From an uncultured delta proteobacterium (GTDB lineage: Bacteria > Myxococcota_A > Polyangia > Polyangiales > Houyiibacteriaceae): 64,000 nucleotides of DNA. The first letter of the stretch is position 1. Each line of letters begins with the position of its first letter. The stretch is from NCBI GenBank assembly GCA_963699755.1, contig CAVOVB010000007.1, positions 320,001-384,000 on the forward strand. The letters are read 5' to 3'. Of the stretch, positions 60,381 through 64,000 are shown piece by piece. A model generated the notes under the pieces. That model was not told the DNA's origin and did not search any database. It worked only from the letters and a program-made list of their open reading frames with translations. Position numbers and translations under genes: made by a program.

Positions 60381-61997
60381 TTAGGGCGTTTCGCGGGGCG
60401 GTCCAGCCGAGCCGCGAGGGCGGTGGTAGAGCCACCAATTCTCGAAGTGCGCAACGCGCTGAATCGACGGATCCGTGGCGAAGAGGCTGTCGGGCGAATT
60501 CACCCGGCGAACCAGAAACCAGTCGAAGAAGTCGCCGTGCTGGTCGAGCTGGAAAAGCTGTGGGCTCCATTCCCAGCGCAGTGGTGTTTCGGGCGGGATC
60601 ACGGCGTTCGGATCCGAGCTGTCGCGATATCGAAACGGGTCGGTCCCGAACTGCGCAAAGTGGAAGCTCAGCCAGCCGCCGCGCTCGGCCTGCACATACG
60701 CGGGCAAATGGATGTAGGGGCTGTTTCGAGCCCGCGAGCCCTGGTGGTCGTACACCAGAAACAGCAGCTTGGGAGCCTTGGGAAGCTCGCGAACGATCTC
60801 TCGAAAGTGCACGGTGGTCGTCGAGAAGTCTTTGTGCGCGTCTGCGACGAATTCGCCGAGCGGCGCAACCGCGACCGCCGTCCAGATCACGAATCCGAGA
60901 TGCGCCCAAGTCTTGCGCGGCAGATTCGGAAGCAGTGCGGGCAGGAGAAACGCTGCGGCGGTGATTTCGCGCGGAAAGACGAACCACCAGGGCCCGAGCT
61001 CCATCGGAAGCGTCAGGTAGAGGCCGAGGGACAGCAGCATCGCGATCGCAACCAGGGCGTGGGCGGGCACCACCCAGCTACCCTTGGGCCAAGAGCGCAG
61101 ACGAGCGACCGCAACTGCGAACAGCGCCACCGCGGTCACCACGAAAAGAAGCCCAGCACGGCGAAACACGAAACTGTCTTCATCGCCCATGAAGATGTCG
61201 ACTGCATAGGCGCGCGCCTCGGACATGCGACCCCAGGCCGGAGGCCAAGCCCAGTCGATTCGTGGAATCGTGAGATCCGCGCCGGCGGTCACCCAGACAC
61301 CGAAGAGCGCGGTCGAAATGCCAATCGGAATCAGGAGGCCCCTGATGCTGTCGGCTCTCTGGTACATCAACAAAGCAGTGAGCACGAGCATCAGGATCGC
61401 CAAAGGTAGGCGATACGGGTAGGTGAAGAAGAGCAGAACCAGTACCGCGGTCAGGAGGCCTTGAAGCCTCAGGCTCGGCTGATCCACCACACGCAGGCCG
61501 AGACCGAGGACGATCGCAAAGAGGCCGAGCGAAGCCAAAAAGGCGATGAACCCCCAGTGCGCGGGGACGCCCCATACGGCCAGCAGCCCCCAAAGGCCGA
61601 GAAATGGGGACTTCCCCAAGCCCCAACAGAGCACCATCAGGCCGATGGGCAAGAGCGCCAGCAACAGCGCGGCCGCAACCTTGGTAGCCACCACGGGCGG
61701 GAGCGCCAACATGAAGATCGCCGCGAGAGCGTAGAAGGTCACCGAAGGCATGGCGAACAGTTGAAACTGGAACTGCTCGTGGAAATGCCAGCCTGGATCC
61801 GGGTAGTGACGAAATACCGAAGATGACGCCGTATGAAACGGGAAGCTCGTGATCATCGGATAGTCGGCAGCCCACAACGGCGCACCGACTACGTAGGCGA
61901 TTGTCGCTGCAGCGCAGATCCAGGCGAGCCACTCAAGTGGTGCCGGACCCGTCGAGCGTGCAGCCGGTCCTCTGTGCCCCCCCGGCATTGCTGTCAC
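60381..61997 (-). CDS. Polytopic membrane protein (possible GT-C-like glycosyltransferase)
   Basis: About 11 TM segments with a periplasmic C-terminal domain; PLW..YP...P.H, WGF. Function inferred only. Confidence 0.55.
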   Translation of the reverse strand: MTAMPGGHRGPAARSTGPAPLEWLAWICAAATIAYVVGAPLWAADYPMITSFPFHTASSSVFRHYPDPGWHFHEQFQFQLFAMPSVTFYALAAIFMLALPPVVATKVAAALLLALLPIGLMVLCWGLGKSPFLGLWGLLAVWGVPAHWGFIAFLASLGLFAIVLGLGLRVVDQPSLRLQGLLTAVLVLLFFTYPYRLPLAILMLVLTALLMYQRADSIRGLLIPIGISTALFGVWVTAGADLTIPRIDWAWPPAWGRMSEARAYAVDIFMGDEDSFVFRRAGLLFVVTAVALFAVAVARLRSWPKGSWVVPAHALVAIAMLLSLGLYLTLPMELGPWWFVFPREITAAAFLLPALLPNLPRKTWAHLGFVIWTAVAVAPLGEFVADAHKDFSTTTVHFREIVRELPKAPKLLFLVYDHQGSRARNSPYIHLPAYVQAERGGWLSFHFAQFGTDPFRYRDSSDPNAVIPPETPLRWEWSPQLFQLDQHGDFFDWFLVRRVNSPDSLFATDPSIQRVAHFENWWLYHRPRGSAGPPRETP

Positions 61998-62015
61998 GGT
62001 ACCACAGACTCGCGC

Positions 62016-62885
62016 TTAGCCGTTGAGAGCTTCGGCGCCACCGATGATTTCCATCAATTCCTTGGTGATGGCGGCCTGGCGGGCCCGGTTGTACTGCAGG
62101 GTCAACCGATCGATCATGTCGCTCGCGTTGTTGGTCGCAGAGTCCATGGCAGTCATGCGAGCACCAAACTCCGAGGCGACCGACTCGAGCAGAGCGCGAT
62201 AAATCTGTACCTCGACGTGCATCGGGAGCAGCGTATCGAGGAGGGCGTCCTGGCCAGGCTCATAGATGAACTCCCCTAGCCGGTCGTCGGCGAGCTCGAG
62301 TGGCTCGATTGGCAGGAACGGCTCGATCACGACCTGCTGACTGATCGCGCTCTTGAACTCGTTGTACACGAGGTAGCAAGCGTCGAGATCGAGCGAGGTG
62401 TAGTCCTCGACGATGTAGCGGCCGATCTCGCCTGCCTTGTCGGCGCTCAGATCCTCGAACACTCCGAGGAAGTCGTGCCGGATGTCTGCGTTTCGGCGGG
62501 TGAAGTAGTCCCGTCCCTTTCGGCCGATGATGCCGAAGCAGACCTCGCTGCCCTCTGCCTCGAGCTGCTTCCAGCGATTGAATGCCGCCTTGCAGATGTT
62601 CGAGTTGAACGCGCCGGCCAAGCCGCGGTCGCTCGTGAGAACGACCAGCATTACACTCTTCGGCGCACGCCTGGCCAACAAGGGATGAGCGTCTTCTTCT
62701 GGGCTGACACGCGCAGCCACCCCGCTCAGCACCTCGAGGGTCTTGATCGCGTACGGACGAAGGCGTTCGATGTTCTCCTGCGCCTTCCGCAAACGAGCAC
62801 CGGCGACCAGTTTCATCGCGCGGGTGATCTTCTGCGTGTTCTTGACGCTTCCGATGCGCTTTCGAATGTCCTTGAGGTTTGCCAT
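62016..62885 (-). CDS. atpG: ATP synthase F1 gamma subunit
   Basis: KITRAMKLVA, TSDRGLAG, SEFGARMTAM, NRARQAAITKEL. Confidence 0.98.
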   Translation of the reverse strand: MANLKDIRKRIGSVKNTQKITRAMKLVAGARLRKAQENIERLRPYAIKTLEVLSGVAARVSPEEDAHPLLARRAPKSVMLVVLTSDRGLAGAFNSNICKAAFNRWKQLEAEGSEVCFGIIGRKGRDYFTRRNADIRHDFLGVFEDLSADKAGEIGRYIVEDYTSLDLDACYLVYNEFKSAISQQVVIEPFLPIEPLELADDRLGEFIYEPGQDALLDTLLPMHVEVQIYRALLESVASEFGARMTAMDSATNNASDMIDRLTLQYNRARQAAITKELMEIIGGAEALNG

Positions 62886-62891
62886 GTCGGG

Positions 62892-64000
62892 TTAGTCGTC
62901 TTGCTTGGGCTCGAAGATCGCCGCGAATGCCTTGAGGGCAGCGTCGAGCTGGCCCTCGAGCGCGTCGTCGATCTTCCCCTTCGACACGATGTCGCCGAGG
63001 ATCGATGGGTGCTCGGACTGGAGGTATGAAATGAGCTCCTGCTGGTAGCGACCGATCGAGTCGGTGGGAAGCGGGTCGAGGTAGCCGTGCGTGCCGGCGA
63101 AGATCACGACGACCTGCTCCGCCACGGGCCAAGGCACGAATTGCCCTTGCTTGAGCACCTCGACGAGGCGCTCACCCCGGGAGAGCTGCTGCCGGGTCGC
63201 CGCGTCGAGGTCGGAGGCGAACTGCGCGAACGCCGCCATCTCGCGGAACTGTGCGAGCTCGAGGCGAAGCGTACCGGCGACCTGCTTCATCGCCTTGATT
63301 TGCGCATTACCACCGACACGGGACACCGAGATGCCAACGTTGATGGCTGGGCGCACGCCGGAGTTGAACAAGTCCGACTCGAGGAAGATCTGACCGTCGG
63401 TAATCGAAATGACGTTGGTCGGAATGTACGCGGAGACATCGCCCGCCTGGGTCTCGATGATCGGCAAGGCGGTGAGTGAGCCACCCGAGTCCGGGAGCTT
63501 CTTCGCGGTGTAGCCTTGGCCCTTCTCCTTGGCCGCGGCCTCGGCCTCGTGCTTCGACTCCGGGCCACCGAAGACCTTATTGCCGAGACGGCTAGGCTCT
63601 TGATCGGATTTCACCACGACCCATTCCTCGGCCATTTTGGCAGCGCGCTCGAGGAGACGGCTGTGGACGTAGAAAACGTCGCCAGGGTATGCCTCGCGGC
63701 CGGGGGGACGCCGCAGAAGGAGCGAAAGCTGTCGATACGCGACGGCCTGCTTCGAGAGGTCGTCGTAGATGCAGAGCGCGTGCTGTCCGCTGTCGCGAAA
63801 GTACTCGCCCATGGTGACGCCGGTGTATGGCGCGATGAACTGAAGCGGCGCGGGCTCGGAGGCGCCGGCCAGGACGACGGTGGTGTATTCCATCGCGCCG
63901 AACTGGGTGAGCTTGTCGACGACCTGGGCGACGGTCGACTGCTTCTGACCAATCGCCACGTAGAAACAGTAGACGCCCTTTCCCTTCTGGTTGATGATCG
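62892..64000 (-). CDS. atpA: ATP synthase F1 alpha subunit, 5'-truncated by the window edge
   Basis: [44 protein letters not shown]. Confidence 0.98.
   Translation of the reverse strand, partial: IINQKGKGVYCFYVAIGQKQSTVAQVVDKLTQFGAMEYTTVVLAGASEPAPLQFIAPYTGVTMGEYFRDSGQHALCIYDDLSKQAVAYRQLSLLLRRPPGREAYPGDVFYVHSRLLERAAKMAEEWVVVKSDQEPSRLGNKVFGGPESKHEAEAAAKEKGQGYTAKKLPDSGGSLTALPIIETQAGDVSAYIPTNVISITDGQIFLESDLFNSGVRPAINVGISVSRVGGNAQIKAMKQVAGTLRLELAQFREMAAFAQFASDLDAATRQQLSRGERLVEVLKQGQFVPWPVAEQVVVIFAGTHGYLDPLPTDSIGRYQQELISYLQSEHPSILGDIVSKGKIDDALEGQLDAALKAFAAIFEPKQDD

Overview
High-GC bacterial chromosomal segment. Gene content (GltJ/AgmX-like zinc-ribbon/GYF protein, PEGA-TPR, Kazal and Gly-rich lipoproteins, GspE-N/HEAT proteins) suggests Myxococcota, probably Polyangia; this is an inference. 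The backbone is housekeeping: rnr, a pyrimidine nucleoside phosphorylase, the tRNA(Thr-Tyr-Gly-Thr)-tuf-rpmG-tRNA(Trp)-secE-nusG-rplKAJL-rpoBC cluster, etfBA, pepA, murA-hisG-miaE, nadK, era-der, rlmN, rsmE-prmA and atpA-atpG. I see no CRISPR array, integrase or transposase. The most interesting element is a compact RiPP cluster at 4147-6058: a small precursor with an apparent lipoprotein signal and two AEASCGEGxCG repeats, a DUF692 multinuclear non-heme iron oxidase (MNIO) and a DUF2063-like partner. A lipoprotein gluzincin peptidase is encoded divergently next to it. Together these suggest a possibly lipid-anchored relative of HvfA/bufferin-type metal-binding RiPPs. Other notable items: a sigma54-type promoter before a small beta-rich protein fused translationally to comEA, an EF-Tu with a non-canonical switch I, and several apparent pseudo-enzymes (dead sigma54 activator, heme-less SdhC-like, degenerate PIN and PilZ). 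There is also an internally deleted transaldolase, unannotated small ORFs and candidate structured RNAs in the ribosomal cluster. All calls are by eye; no database searches were run.
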